Origin: Bacteroidota bacterium
GTDB taxonomy: Bacteria; Bacteroidota; Ignavibacteria; UBA10030; UBA8401
NCBI GenBank assembly: GCA_031420755.1
Contig: JANONI010000177.1
Span: 1-57,696, forward strand
Direction of reading: 5' to 3'
Length of the DNA: 57,696 nt
Position numbers and translations under genes: made by a program. The stretch's first letter is position 1. Every line of letters starts with the position of its first letter. The notes beneath the pieces are model-generated. The model saw nothing but the letters and a program-made list of their open reading frames with translations. It searched no databases and was not told the origin of the DNA. Below, piece after piece: positions 17,947-28,124 of the stretch.

Positions 17947-18162
17947 AAATAAACCTCCGATGAAATTCAGGTGTTCTTAATATAATAGTAATTCAAGGAC
18001 AAAATATAACGTAAAACGTCTGTAAAAACAATGAAAATCTATCTTGAACGCTAAAGTTCGTGCATTGTAAATGAAGTGATATTTTTCTATTTTGATTTGC
18101 CTTTTGCAACTTTTCTCAATAATTCCCGAACCATTGAACGGCAATCCACTTAACACTATTCA

Positions 18163-20256
18163 ATGCGTCTTCGAAAAATTCTGCTCCTGTTGGGAGCATT
18201 TATATTATCTGCGGTTGTATTCTTTATCAACGCTGCTACGAAAAGCGTAGATCTTGATACTTCGTTTCTACAGCAGTTACGTACTGTTTGCATTCTTCTT
18301 TCTTTCCTTGCAATCTATTCCTTTATCGTCATTATAAAAGAAGAAAAACAGCGGGGTATCGTTCAAAGTATAGGATCGGTTGCATTGTTTGCCGGAATTT
18401 TTCTCGCATCGTATCTTATCAGTAGTCTCTTACCGTTGAATGGTTTTAAAACCAGAAATTTAACGCTTTTCCCGCAGGATTATCAAACGATTTTTTTTTC
18501 TTCAATTATCAGTTTTATTTCGGCTCTTTTTTCTATCGTCACATTGCTCTTTATAAAGGATTTGATTCTTTATAAAAGAAAAAAAACGTCGCTTCGAAAT
18601 TTTCTTATTCTTGTCGGCAGTTTGCTTGCCGCCTCACTCTCGCAGTTAATGGGCAAGCCGTTGGAAGAAACGATCATCAGTAAAATTTTTACGGTCATCG
18701 CTATTCTAATGATCGTCGTCAATTCGTTTCGTTTAGCATGGATCGCATATCTGCCGAGACGCGAAAAGATTTATTCACTTCTTTATTCTCTACTTTCCTT
18801 TTTCGGATTTTTGGTTATTCTTATCATTATCTCTAGCGAAGAGGGAGGATGGACTGAAAAAGGAATTCATTATTATAGTTCAGCACTGTTCACGTTTCTT
18901 CAACTCACATCAACATTGGGTGCGGTCTATTTCGGAATGTCGTTCATCAGTACGCTGTTCCATCTTCCTACCGCTGAAGCGTTCGATAGAAAACAAACCG
19001 AGATCAGTTCGCTGCACAATCTCAGCCGCCTCATCACTCAAGTGTTCGACCTTAAAGACCTTGCGGAAACCGCTACGAAGATGACGACAGAAGTTATACA
19101 AGCCGCAAGCGTTTGGTTAGAGATCATACCATCAGATGGATCGATTCACAAGAGCGGTTTGATGTCGCATAGAAATATTAGTTTAGATGAGATTGAAACA
19201 ATTCTTTCCGGTCGAAGACTCGACTCGTTGAGCGGTGAAAAATCGATCCGAACAATTATTTGTCAAACAAAAAAAGTTCTAATAATCGATGATGTAAGCG
19301 TAGATAAGCGGACAAAACATCTTCCCAAGATGAAAAAAGTCTGTTCGCTTCTCGTGGTTCCGTTGTTATCTCATCAAGATGTTATCGGAATTTTATACGC
19401 GGCCAAAGATATTGAATATGGTTTCGATCAAGATGATGTTGATATTCTCTCAGGTTTTGCGGACCAGGTTGCTATCGCAATTGAGAATGCACGGTTGATA
19501 GAAAAATCGTTTGAAAAAGAACGATTGCAGCGTGAGTTGATGCTTGCACAGGAAATGCAAAAACGATTATTACCGCAGCAGCTTCCGAAATTTCGTACAG
19601 TTGATATGAAAGCAGTATCATCTCCTGCACTTGAGGTTGGCGGTGATTATTATGATTTGGTTCAGATCAACGATGATCTTGTTGGAATTGTAATCGGCGA
19701 TGTTTCGGGAAAAGGTGTTGGTGCCGCATTCTATATGGCTGAGGTAAAAGGAATTTTTCAATCGCTTGCAAAAATATTCAGTTCACCGCGCGAATTTATG
19801 ATTAAAGCAAATGAAGCACTGGTATCAAGTATTGACAAAGGATCATTTATTAGTTTAATTTATTCAACGATCAATATTCGTACCGGAGAGTTGATTATTG
19901 CCCGCGCAGGACATTGCCCAATCCTGTATATCTCCGCATCGAAACAGGAATATTTAAAACCGAACGGCTTAGGGCTTGGATTAAAATCCGGAAAACTATT
20001 TGAAGAAAATATTGAAGAGAAAAAAATCAGGATGAACAGTGGCGATGTCTGCGTATTTTATACGGACGGTGTCACTGAATCCCGGTCGCCATCCGGTGAA
20101 GAATTTGGCTACGAGCGGTTAATGGATGTTGTGAGTGGACATAAAGAAAAGACTTCCGAAGAGATCAAAGAAGCGATTATTCAAACCGTATGGAATTATA
20201 CTGACGCAAAAGGATATCATGATGATCTTACAATCTTTGTTGTGAAGTGGCTGTAA
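18163..20256 (+). CDS. Membrane-bound sensor PP2C (SpoIIE/RsbU-type) phosphatase with a GAF domain
   Basis: 697-aa ORF with roughly 8 predicted TM helices in the N-terminal third, a GAF-like middle region, and a C-terminal PP2C domain (GGDYYD, GDVSGKGVGAA, FYTDGVTE, DDLTIFVVKW). Confidence 0.85.
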   Translation: MRLRKILLLLGAFILSAVVFFINAATKSVDLDTSFLQQLRTVCILLSFLAIYSFIVIIKEEKQRGIVQSIGSVALFAGIFLASYLISSLLPLNGFKTRNLTLFPQDYQTIFFSSIISFISALFSIVTLLFIKDLILYKRKKTSLRNFLILVGSLLAASLSQLMGKPLEETIISKIFTVIAILMIVVNSFRLAWIAYLPRREKIYSLLYSLLSFFGFLVILIIISSEEGGWTEKGIHYYSSALFTFLQLTSTLGAVYFGMSFISTLFHLPTAEAFDRKQTEISSLHNLSRLITQVFDLKDLAETATKMTTEVIQAASVWLEIIPSDGSIHKSGLMSHRNISLDEIETILSGRRLDSLSGEKSIRTIICQTKKVLIIDDVSVDKRTKHLPKMKKVCSLLVVPLLSHQDVIGILYAAKDIEYGFDQDDVDILSGFADQVAIAIENARLIEKSFEKERLQRELMLAQEMQKRLLPQQLPKFRTVDMKAVSSPALEVGGDYYDLVQINDDLVGIVIGDVSGKGVGAAFYMAEVKGIFQSLAKIFSSPREFMIKANEALVSSIDKGSFISLIYSTINIRTGELIIARAGHCPILYISASKQEYLKPNGLGLGLKSGKLFEENIEEKKIRMNSGDVCVFYTDGVTESRSPSGEEFGYERLMDVVSGHKEKTSEEIKEAIIQTVWNYTDAKGYHDDLTIFVVKWL

Positions 20257-20340
20257 TGAATGATCTTGATATGCATATTAAAATTTTCAAAGAACAGAAA
20301 CTATGTTGATGATAAACCGTTTATCCTTTTAGGAGCACGT

Positions 20341-20694
20341 ATGAGTGATTTTAGAGTACATATTCGAGAACGAGCCAACAATATACATGTGTTGGAGTTG
20401 AAGGGATATTTAGATGCCCACACGACTCCGACTCTCGAAGAAGCATTCCAAAAAATGTTGAACGAAAAGAAATTTCGAATCATCGTTAATTGCAAAGAGC
20501 TGTCGTACATCTCAAGCGCGGGGCTTGGAGTGTTTATGGCGTTCATTGAAGATGTACGGGCAGCCAGCGGCGATATTAAACTTTCCGATATGTCGCCAAA
20601 AGTATTTAATATCTTTGACTTGCTTGGTTTTCCGATGTTGTACGATATTGTAAAACTTGAAGACGATGCCGCAAATAAATTTGATGCACAATAA
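20341..20694 (+). CDS. STAS-domain anti-sigma-factor antagonist
   Basis: The start was chosen at MSDFRV, preceded by aggag. The YISSAGLGVF motif is present. Confidence 0.85.
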   Translation: MSDFRVHIRERANNIHVLELKGYLDAHTTPTLEEAFQKMLNEKKFRIIVNCKELSYISSAGLGVFMAFIEDVRAASGDIKLSDMSPKVFNIFDLLGFPMLYDIVKLEDDAANKFDAQ

Positions 20695-20718
20695 AACGAT
20701 TGTTTGATTCCTAATCGA

Positions 20719-21147
20719 ATGGCAAATCAACAACCATATAAATCAACGCTGACAATTCCGAGCCAAACGGAGCGGCTGAATGATGTACGTGAATTCGTAT
20801 CTGCACTGGCACGGACGCATGGATTTGTTGAAGATGATATCAACAAGATCACCATTGCCGTTGATGAAGCATGCACGAACATCATCAAATACGGATATGC
20901 TTACGCACCGGACCAAAGTATAGATGTAGATATCATTCGCAATGGAAATGATTTTGAAATAATTATTTCCGATAATGGAAAACAGTTTGATGCGAACGCG
21001 ATACAATCTCCCGATATGAAAGATTATTTTGCTCATTATCGCCGCGGCGGTCTGGGCGTGTATTTAATGAAACGCATTATGGATACAGTTGAATTTAATC
21101 TCCATAGCGATAAAAATGTGCTGCGAATGATGAAAACCCTCCACTAA
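20719..21147 (+). CDS. Anti-sigma regulatory factor, Ser/Thr protein kinase (RsbW/SpoIIAB-like HATPase)
   Basis: AVDEACTNIIKYGY (N-box-like), ISDNGKQFD and RRGGLGVYLMKRIMD motifs. The start is ATG 20719 or TTG 20704. Confidence 0.8.
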   Translation: MANQQPYKSTLTIPSQTERLNDVREFVSALARTHGFVEDDINKITIAVDEACTNIIKYGYAYAPDQSIDVDIIRNGNDFEIIISDNGKQFDANAIQSPDMKDYFAHYRRGGLGVYLMKRIMDTVEFNLHSDKNVLRMMKTLH

Positions 21148-21152
21148 TTATT

Positions 21153-22850
21153 GTGACAATCAAATCCCGAACATCACGTTCCGAAAATGAACTTGCTGCT
21201 CTCTTCGAGTTCAGTCAGGTTGTAAATTCCTCTCTCGATCTTTCATTCATTCTTGATACAATGCTTCTTACGCTAATGGGGAAACTATTGGCAACGAAAG
21301 GAATTGTATTGCTGCGAAAGAAAAACAAAACATTTTTTGCTGCAAATGGAAAAGGAATCCCCAAACATTTTTTGAATCAGGAACTTACACTGCCGAGAGT
21401 TGGAAAAAAGATTATTCGTGTTGACAAAGAATTCTCCGAACCATTGTTCTCGCTTGGCATCAACAGATTGTTTCCGATCATTTCTCAGGAACAGGTGATC
21501 GGTTTTTTTGGTGTAACAGAACATCCACTGCGGACGATTACCAAAGAGCGGAATAGATTCGTTGAAACGTTGATCAGTATTTCGGCAACAGCGATTGAAA
21601 AAGGATTGTCGTTTGGTGAAATAAAAAAGATCAACCGTTCGCTTGATGAAAAGATTCACCAGCTTAAAACGTTGTTCGAACTTGCAAAAGAATTCGGCGG
21701 CATTCTAAATCCCGAAACAGTTGTAAAATTGTTCTCTCTTACATTAATGGGACAAGTCGGCACGAACAGATATGCGCTTTGTTTGAAAGAAGGGAAGAGC
21801 GTCTATTCAAAAATTTCAGGAGAATATCTTGAGACTGATAAACAATCGATGTTCAAACTTGTTGGTACACCGTTACTGGTATCCGAAATTTCAGGAATGA
21901 AACGGTACAAAACTCTTTATGAACATCTGTTGAAAGAAAAGATCGCCGCATTGGTGCCGCTGCAAATGCAAAACGAAGTGAAAGGTGTTCTTTGTCTCGG
22001 CGATAAACTGCGAGGAAGCGGATATTCACAAAGCGATCTTGAGTTCATATTCTCTCTCGCAAATCTTGCATTCGTATCTCTTGAAAATGCAAGACTGTTT
22101 AATGAAGAACTTGAAAAGAAAAAAATGGAGAACGAATTACTGATTGCCCGTGAAATTCAGCAACGATTGCTGCCGCGTATATTGCCGACGATTGAAGGAT
22201 TTGAAATAGCCGCGGTGAATATTTCATCGAAACAAGTAGGCGGCGATTATTACGATGTGATACCAACCGATACTGGAAAGTTTATAATCACCATTGCCGA
22301 TGTCTCAGGGAAAGGTACGCCCGCATCGTTGTTGATGGCAAATGTTCAAGCGACTGTTCACGCGTTGGTTCCGTTTCAGTTGCCACTTTCCGTTGCAACG
22401 GCACGGATCAATGACCTCATCTATCGAAATACAAGTTCCGATAAGTTCATCACTTTTTTTTGGGGATCGTTGGATTTTCAAACTAAAAAATTCCACTATG
22501 TCAACGCAGGACATAATCCGCCGTTTGTGTTGCGTCGAGATGGAACAATTGAGCGGTTGAACGACGGAGGATTGATACTTGGAATCATGAAAACAGTGAT
22601 GCCGTATCAAGAAGGAAGTGTTCAACTCCACTCAGGGGACAGCGTGATACTTTTCACTGACGGTGTTAGCGAAGCGATGGATACGAACGGAAATGATTAT
22701 ACTGAAGAGCGGCTGGAAACTTTTGTAAAAACATTGAGTGAAAAATCTGCTCCTGCAATGTTGGCGGAAATAAAAAATGAAATTCAACGGTACAGTTCCG
22801 GTGCGGCGCAATCCGATGATATTACGCTGATCGTTTTCAAAGCAACATAA
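21153..22850 (+). CDS. Cytoplasmic GAF-GAF-PP2C (SpoIIE/RsbU-type) phosphatase
   Basis: 565-aa ORF with a GTG start and GGDYYDV, ADVSGKGTPASL, LFTDGVSEA and DDITLIVFKA motifs. Confidence 0.85.
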   Translation: MTIKSRTSRSENELAALFEFSQVVNSSLDLSFILDTMLLTLMGKLLATKGIVLLRKKNKTFFAANGKGIPKHFLNQELTLPRVGKKIIRVDKEFSEPLFSLGINRLFPIISQEQVIGFFGVTEHPLRTITKERNRFVETLISISATAIEKGLSFGEIKKINRSLDEKIHQLKTLFELAKEFGGILNPETVVKLFSLTLMGQVGTNRYALCLKEGKSVYSKISGEYLETDKQSMFKLVGTPLLVSEISGMKRYKTLYEHLLKEKIAALVPLQMQNEVKGVLCLGDKLRGSGYSQSDLEFIFSLANLAFVSLENARLFNEELEKKKMENELLIAREIQQRLLPRILPTIEGFEIAAVNISSKQVGGDYYDVIPTDTGKFIITIADVSGKGTPASLLMANVQATVHALVPFQLPLSVATARINDLIYRNTSSDKFITFFWGSLDFQTKKFHYVNAGHNPPFVLRRDGTIERLNDGGLILGIMKTVMPYQEGSVQLHSGDSVILFTDGVSEAMDTNGNDYTEERLETFVKTLSEKSAPAMLAEIKNEIQRYSSGAAQSDDITLIVFKAT

Positions 22851-22906
22851 TTCAGTCAACAATCATCGCTTTTGATTTCTGCGCAGTCTTTTCGTATTTT
22901 TCACCC

Positions 22907-23818
22907 ATGCAAAATCACATCGAATATTTTTTCTTCCGTGTTCTCTATTTTATTGTTCGATTATTTAGTTTTCGAAATGTGCAGCGATTTGGCAGCGGAT
23001 TTGGAGCATTCTTTTTTTCAGTGATCGGTTTACGAAAGAAGTTGGTATTGGATAATCTTCGCCATGCGTTCCCCGAAAAGAGCGAAGAAGATATTCTTAT
23101 GATTGCAAAAGCATCGTTCCGAAATCTTTTTACCGCATATTTTGAAATTCTGTATTTGGATAAGCTTACTGCTGAACAAATACAGCGTTATATATTCTTT
23201 CCTGAAAGTGAAAAGTTCAAATCGTATCTTAAATACGGAAAAGGATTGATCGTGTTAACCGGACATTATGGAAACTGGGAATTATGCGCGCTTGCAACAG
23301 CCGTTCTTGCTCCAGAAAAATATACACTTGTTGTGCAAAAACAGCGCAATCCGTTTATCAATAATTTTATGTTGTCAATGAGATCGCGATTTGGAAGTAC
23401 ACTGGTGGTAATGGAACGAGCACTGCGTGAATCCCTGCGAGCACTCTCTAATAATGAAATCGTGGCGTTAATTGCTGATCAAAGCGGACCGGAAAGTGGA
23501 GTTTATGTAAATTTTTTTGGCCGTCCTGCCTCAACACATCAAGGTCCAGCAATCTTTCAATTACGCAGCGGCGCACCAATGGTAATGGGCATCTTAATTC
23601 GTGAAGGACTTGAAAAATTTAGGATTGAATTGGAGGAGATTGAGACAACGAATCTTTCGGGTACGGATGAAGAAAAAATTGCCGAACTTACACAACGGCA
23701 TGTGAGCGTATTGGAAAAATATATTCGTCTTCATCCCGAACATTGGTTATGGATGCACAAACGATGGAAACATACGGAAACATATCTGAAACGGAAACAG
23801 GAAGGTTCCGTTTCATGA
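22907..23818 (+). CDS. Lipid A biosynthesis (LpxL/HtrB-family) lysophospholipid acyltransferase
   Basis: 303-aa ORF with an N-terminal TM segment, the LTGHYGNWE motif (HX4E) and ALIADQSG. Confidence 0.8.
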   Translation: MQNHIEYFFFRVLYFIVRLFSFRNVQRFGSGFGAFFFSVIGLRKKLVLDNLRHAFPEKSEEDILMIAKASFRNLFTAYFEILYLDKLTAEQIQRYIFFPESEKFKSYLKYGKGLIVLTGHYGNWELCALATAVLAPEKYTLVVQKQRNPFINNFMLSMRSRFGSTLVVMERALRESLRALSNNEIVALIADQSGPESGVYVNFFGRPASTHQGPAIFQLRSGAPMVMGILIREGLEKFRIELEEIETTNLSGTDEEKIAELTQRHVSVLEKYIRLHPEHWLWMHKRWKHTETYLKRKQEGSVS

Positions 23819-24852
23819 AGATTCCCACGCACATTCTTGTCTTTCAAACCGCGTTTCTCGGCGATGTTATTCTCACGCTGCCGATGATCCAACTCCTTCA
23901 TAAAAAATTTCCGCTCGCAGCGATTGATGTTGTAACAACTCCTATCGCATCGGAACTTCTTGCAAACCATCCGGCGATCTCTACTATTATTCGGTATGAT
24001 AAACGGAAAAGTCAAAAAGGAATTGCCGGAATATTATCATTATCAAAACAACTTCGGCTTCAGCAGTACGATCTTGCCGTTGTTCCACACCGTTCATTTC
24101 GCACATCGGTAGTTATAGCATTAAGCGGCATCAAAGAGAGAATAGGATTTTCGACTGCATCGGGATCAATGTTCTACAATCATATTGTGGAATATGAAAA
24201 ATTGAACCACGAGATTGATCGCAATCTTTCGTTGGTTGCTCCGCTAAATATTATTGCTGTGCGAAAAGAACTTCCATCGTTATATCCATCTGCTGCAGAC
24301 ATCGCCGTAATCGATAAATTTTTATTTGAAAGGGAAATTCTTGATCATAATTCGATGATTGCAATTGCTCCCGGTTCAGTATGGAAAACAAAACGCTGGC
24401 TCATTGAACGATTTTCTGAACTTTCGCTATTGCTTGCAAATTCAGGATTTGAGATTCTGATTATCGGTGGGAAAGATGACGCTGCATTAGGGAAGTCTAT
24501 TATTGAAACTGCGAAGCACAAAAAAATTCATGATGCTACCGGAAAACTGTCCCTCTTGCAATCAGCAGAAGTAATTCGCCGATGTAAAACGCTGGTTACC
24601 AATGACAGCGCACCGCTCCATATTGGGGTTGCAATGAGAACACCTGTTGTAGCGATCTTTGGAGCAACCGTCCCGGAATTCGGATTTGCACCGTATGGTA
24701 CGAACGACATCGTTGTTGAGACAAAAAATTTATCGTGCCGTCCGTGCGCAATTCATGGCGGAAACGAATGTCCGATTGGAACGTTTGTGTGTATGAAAAA
24801 TATTGAAGCGAACGTTGTTGCAGAGAAGGTAAAGAGTATTATCAACATGTAG
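23815..24852 (+). CDS. GT9-family ADP-heptose:LPS heptosyltransferase (RfaF/WaaF-like)
   Basis: The start was chosen at MKIPTHILVFQTAFLGDVILTLP (ATGA overlap with the upstream stop). The C-terminus has LVTNDSAPLHIGVAM. Confidence 0.85.
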   Translation: MKIPTHILVFQTAFLGDVILTLPMIQLLHKKFPLAAIDVVTTPIASELLANHPAISTIIRYDKRKSQKGIAGILSLSKQLRLQQYDLAVVPHRSFRTSVVIALSGIKERIGFSTASGSMFYNHIVEYEKLNHEIDRNLSLVAPLNIIAVRKELPSLYPSAADIAVIDKFLFEREILDHNSMIAIAPGSVWKTKRWLIERFSELSLLLANSGFEILIIGGKDDAALGKSIIETAKHKKIHDATGKLSLLQSAEVIRRCKTLVTNDSAPLHIGVAMRTPVVAIFGATVPEFGFAPYGTNDIVVETKNLSCRPCAIHGGNECPIGTFVCMKNIEANVVAEKVKSIINM

Positions 24853-24875
24853 TTTTTTTGATAAAACTCTTCACC

Positions 24876-27170
24876 CTAAAATTCTGATGAGTTTCCAGTA
24901 TCTAATGTATCTGAACTGACATGCACGTCGCAGCGTGGGGGAAGATATTTTGAGTTAAATATTTCCGTTATTTTCACGGGACAAAATTCTGTTACCAGTT
25001 TCTTTGTTTCTGCGCAGATCGTATCCCGTTCAACACCATTCGGAACTTTAAAGTACGCCTGCGTTACCGGAATAGTTTTATCTTCGTAAACATATTTCAT
25101 AAACCGGCCGAACAACGGTGCGGCAGCTCTTCCGCCTTGTCCATCGGCAGAATTGAAATTAACCGCCTGATCGTCAAAACCTACCCAGATACCTGCTACA
25201 AGCTGCGGTGTGTATCCAACGAACCATGCGTCTGCATAATCCTGCGTTGTTCCGGTTTTGCCGGCTGCGGGATAATGGAAATAATTTCTGATTCTCGCTC
25301 CGGAACCTATGTTCACAACATCCTGCATCATATCGGTCATAATGTATGCAGTTTCTTTGCTCAGTACTTCTTTCTTTTCCGGAAGATTATCTTCAACAAC
25401 ATTTCCATCTTTATCTTCTATTCGTAAAATTGAATTTGGTTCTACATGAACACCTTCGTTTGCGAACACTCCAAATGCCGATGTCATTTCAAGCGGTGTA
25501 ACCAGGGCAGTACCAAGTGCAATTGAATAATACGGAGGGATCGGAGATTTTATTCCCATTCGTTTGGCGTATGTTACAACTTGATCTCTCGTGACAATAT
25601 CCATAATGACACGAATGGTTACTAAGTTAAGTGAATTTGTCAGCGCATTTCGCAGCGTCGATTTTCCGCCAACATCGCCTTCAAAGTTTCTCGGACGCCA
25701 TTCTGTTCCATCTTCCATCATCACAGTAATCGGTTGATTGAGCAATTCGTACGAAGGGGGATAACCATTATCGATAGCTACGGTGTACACGAACGGTTTA
25801 AATGCTGAGCCGGGCTGTCGGCGGATTTGTGTAACATGATTTAAGCCGTAACGAAATGAACGAAAGTTTCTTCCGCCAACCATTGCGCGAATTCCGCCAG
25901 TCTTTGGATCAATCGCAACAAAGCCGACCTCAATTGACTGCCACACTTTTTTTATGGAATCGATGAATGCCGGATTATTCTTTAAATATGTTGCAACACT
26001 ATCCTTGTTTTCGCTTCTGCGATATTCCGTTGATTGCCGTGCTGCGCGATCTACTATTTTTTCTAATACGACCGGTTTCTTATTCCAATCCCAAATAAGG
26101 TTGAACTGCTGTTGTTTCTCTGCAAGATGTTCTTCAACTGCGCGATTCGCATATTTCTGCATTCGGCTGTCGAGCGTAGTATAGACTGATAATCCATCTT
26201 TATAAATATTGAAACCATACTTATCAGCTTTATCACGCATCTGCTGGCGAATGTATTCCACAAAGTGCGATGCAATACCGAGCGGTCCTTCAACTTCATT
26301 GGTAGAGAAAGACAATGGTTCCGCTTTTATATTGTCCGCTTGAACTTGAGAAAGGCGTCCTTCGTTCACCATTAATGCCAGCACAAGATCGCGGCGCAAA
26401 CGGGCACGCTCAGGATGACGAATAGGATCATAATAATTCGGTCCATTCAAAATTGCGATGAGCATTGCGCTTTCACCAACGGTAAGTTCCTCAACTTTTT
26501 TATCGTAGAATACTGCTGATGCGGCGGAAATTCCGTACGCACCGCGTCCGAAAAAGATCGTATTCAAATACATTTCAAGAATCTCTTTTTTTGTGAAATT
26601 CTTTTCAATCTGAACCGATGTAATAAATTCTCGTAATTTTCTTGTCGCTTTATCGAATGTGGTTTCGTTCAAATTTTGTAAACCATACAGATTGCGGGCA
26701 AGTTGTTGTGTGATAGTGCTTGCACCTTCTTTCAATCGAAGATAGAGAAGGTTCTTGAACATTGCTCGGATGAATCTCCACGGCGTAACTCCCCAGTGGT
26801 CATAGAAATTTTTATCCTCAATGGAAATTAGTGCATCTATCACGCTTTGTGGAATCTGATTGTATCCTACATACGAACGATTCTTGGTAAGGAAAAATGT
26901 TCCCAATACTTCGCCGTCAATGGAATATACTTTCGTAGCAAGTTCCGGTCTCGGATTTTCCAGCTCTTCGAGCGAAGGAAGCCCGGACACGATATACTTG
27001 CCGTACACAACCATAAGCAGAAGGAACAGAATAACTATTCCAAAAAAATAGAAACGGAATTTATGAAAAAACCCTTTTCCTTTTTTTAATAATTCTGTAC
27101 GATACGCAGGATCGCTGAAGTATTTTTTCATTTGTTCCGAACTGTATTTTAGTCTTTTCTTTTCTGCCAT
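24876..27170 (-). CDS. mrcA: Class A penicillin-binding protein (PBP1A), transglycosylase/transpeptidase
   Basis: 764-aa ORF with EDKNFYDHWG and GASTITQQLARN (GT51 domain), and SAFKPF (SxxK), SLN and KTGTT (transpeptidase domain). Confidence 0.93.
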   Translation of the reverse strand: MAEKKRLKYSSEQMKKYFSDPAYRTELLKKGKGFFHKFRFYFFGIVILFLLLMVVYGKYIVSGLPSLEELENPRPELATKVYSIDGEVLGTFFLTKNRSYVGYNQIPQSVIDALISIEDKNFYDHWGVTPWRFIRAMFKNLLYLRLKEGASTITQQLARNLYGLQNLNETTFDKATRKLREFITSVQIEKNFTKKEILEMYLNTIFFGRGAYGISAASAVFYDKKVEELTVGESAMLIAILNGPNYYDPIRHPERARLRRDLVLALMVNEGRLSQVQADNIKAEPLSFSTNEVEGPLGIASHFVEYIRQQMRDKADKYGFNIYKDGLSVYTTLDSRMQKYANRAVEEHLAEKQQQFNLIWDWNKKPVVLEKIVDRAARQSTEYRRSENKDSVATYLKNNPAFIDSIKKVWQSIEVGFVAIDPKTGGIRAMVGGRNFRSFRYGLNHVTQIRRQPGSAFKPFVYTVAIDNGYPPSYELLNQPITVMMEDGTEWRPRNFEGDVGGKSTLRNALTNSLNLVTIRVIMDIVTRDQVVTYAKRMGIKSPIPPYYSIALGTALVTPLEMTSAFGVFANEGVHVEPNSILRIEDKDGNVVEDNLPEKKEVLSKETAYIMTDMMQDVVNIGSGARIRNYFHYPAAGKTGTTQDYADAWFVGYTPQLVAGIWVGFDDQAVNFNSADGQGGRAAAPLFGRFMKYVYEDKTIPVTQAYFKVPNGVERDTICAETKKLVTEFCPVKITEIFNSKYLPPRCDVHVSSDTLDTGNSSEF

Positions 27171-27223
27171 AATGTTAGAGAGAAAATTCTCAGATTAATT
27201 TCATTTTCAAAAAATATTATTAT

Positions 27224-27383
27224 CTGATAGTACGCACAAGTTCAGAAAAAACATTGAGGCAAGGGTTGCACGGTAAAAACGCGCCTGCCTGCTGGCAGGC
27301 AGTGATTTTCACAAATTATATCCGTGTTGTTCCGTTCTATTCCGTGTCATCCGCGGTTAAATAACCATTGTGCGTACCATCAG
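27224..27383. repeat. 160-bp MITE-like element with 16-bp terminal inverted repeats
   Basis: ctgatagtacgcacaa (27224-27239) against ttgtcgtac-type arm ttgtgcgtaccatcag (27368-27383), 15/16 complementary. Internal features are the hairpin gcctgcc-tgct-ggcaggc and tccgt-type short repeats. Confidence 0.6.
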
Positions 27384-27401
27384 TTATTACTATGCCCCGA
27401 T

Positions 27402-28124
27402 CTATTTCCATGTTTTCAGTTCTAAGGTTGTGCCGTTAAATTCAGCGTACGTGTTATAGGTTATCCAATCACCAAGATTAATGTACAGTGCATTACCGAA
27501 GAAATGTTCAAGCGGTTTGTGCAGGTGACCCATTACGACAAAGTCAATTCCTTCGCGAAATTTTTCTTCCGCAAATTTTATCATTCCGTCAGTTTCCCCA
27601 AAATCCTTATTTCCGGTGTACGCACGGCTGGTTTTAGAAGATCGTTTTGCAATTGGAGCCGTCCAATCCGGATGAAACAGTGAATACAAAAAAATACTGA
27701 TTGGGCTGCGAAGAATTTTCTTGAGGATTAAATATCCGGTGTCATTCAATGCCAGACCGTCACCATGATGCAGATAGAATTTTTTTCCTCGAAGTTCTAT
27801 TTGAAAAGGATTTTTATATACCGGAATACCAAGATCGTTCGGAAAAAAATCCTTCAGCCAAAAATCGTGATTGCCGGCAACGTAATGAACTTTTATTCCA
27901 TGCTCAACAAGCGACGATAATTTTGAAAGGATATTATGATGCCCTCGTGGAACGACGTTTGAGTATTCGAACCAATAATCGAACAGATCGCCCATGATGA
28001 AAAGCTGTTCGCCGTGGTTTTCTACGTGGGAAAGAAATGAAAGAACTCGTCGTTCTTTTTCTTTTTCACGCTGCGCATCGTGCAGCCCAAAATGTACATC
28101 GGAAAAGAAGAAAATATTTTTCAT
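27402..28124 (-). CDS. lpxH: UDP-2,3-diacylglucosamine diphosphatase (LpxH-type metallophosphoesterase)
   Basis: 240-aa ORF with FFSDVHFG, MGDLFDYWFEY, VAGNHDFW and MGHLH motifs. Confidence 0.85.
   Translation of the reverse strand: MKNIFFFSDVHFGLHDAQREKEKERRVLSFLSHVENHGEQLFIMGDLFDYWFEYSNVVPRGHHNILSKLSSLVEHGIKVHYVAGNHDFWLKDFFPNDLGIPVYKNPFQIELRGKKFYLHHGDGLALNDTGYLILKKILRSPISIFLYSLFHPDWTAPIAKRSSKTSRAYTGNKDFGETDGMIKFAEEKFREGIDFVVMGHLHKPLEHFFGNALYINLGDWITYNTYAEFNGTTLELKTWK

Noticed and set aside
4187..22631. Many nested or antisense ORFs of 60-135 aa in the track (e.g. 4187..4594, 7513..7824, 12348..12737, 16499..16837, 21285..21659, 22305..22631)
   Set aside because: They are shadow ORFs inside long genes that have clear family motifs on the other strand or frame. 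None has recognisable motifs of its own.
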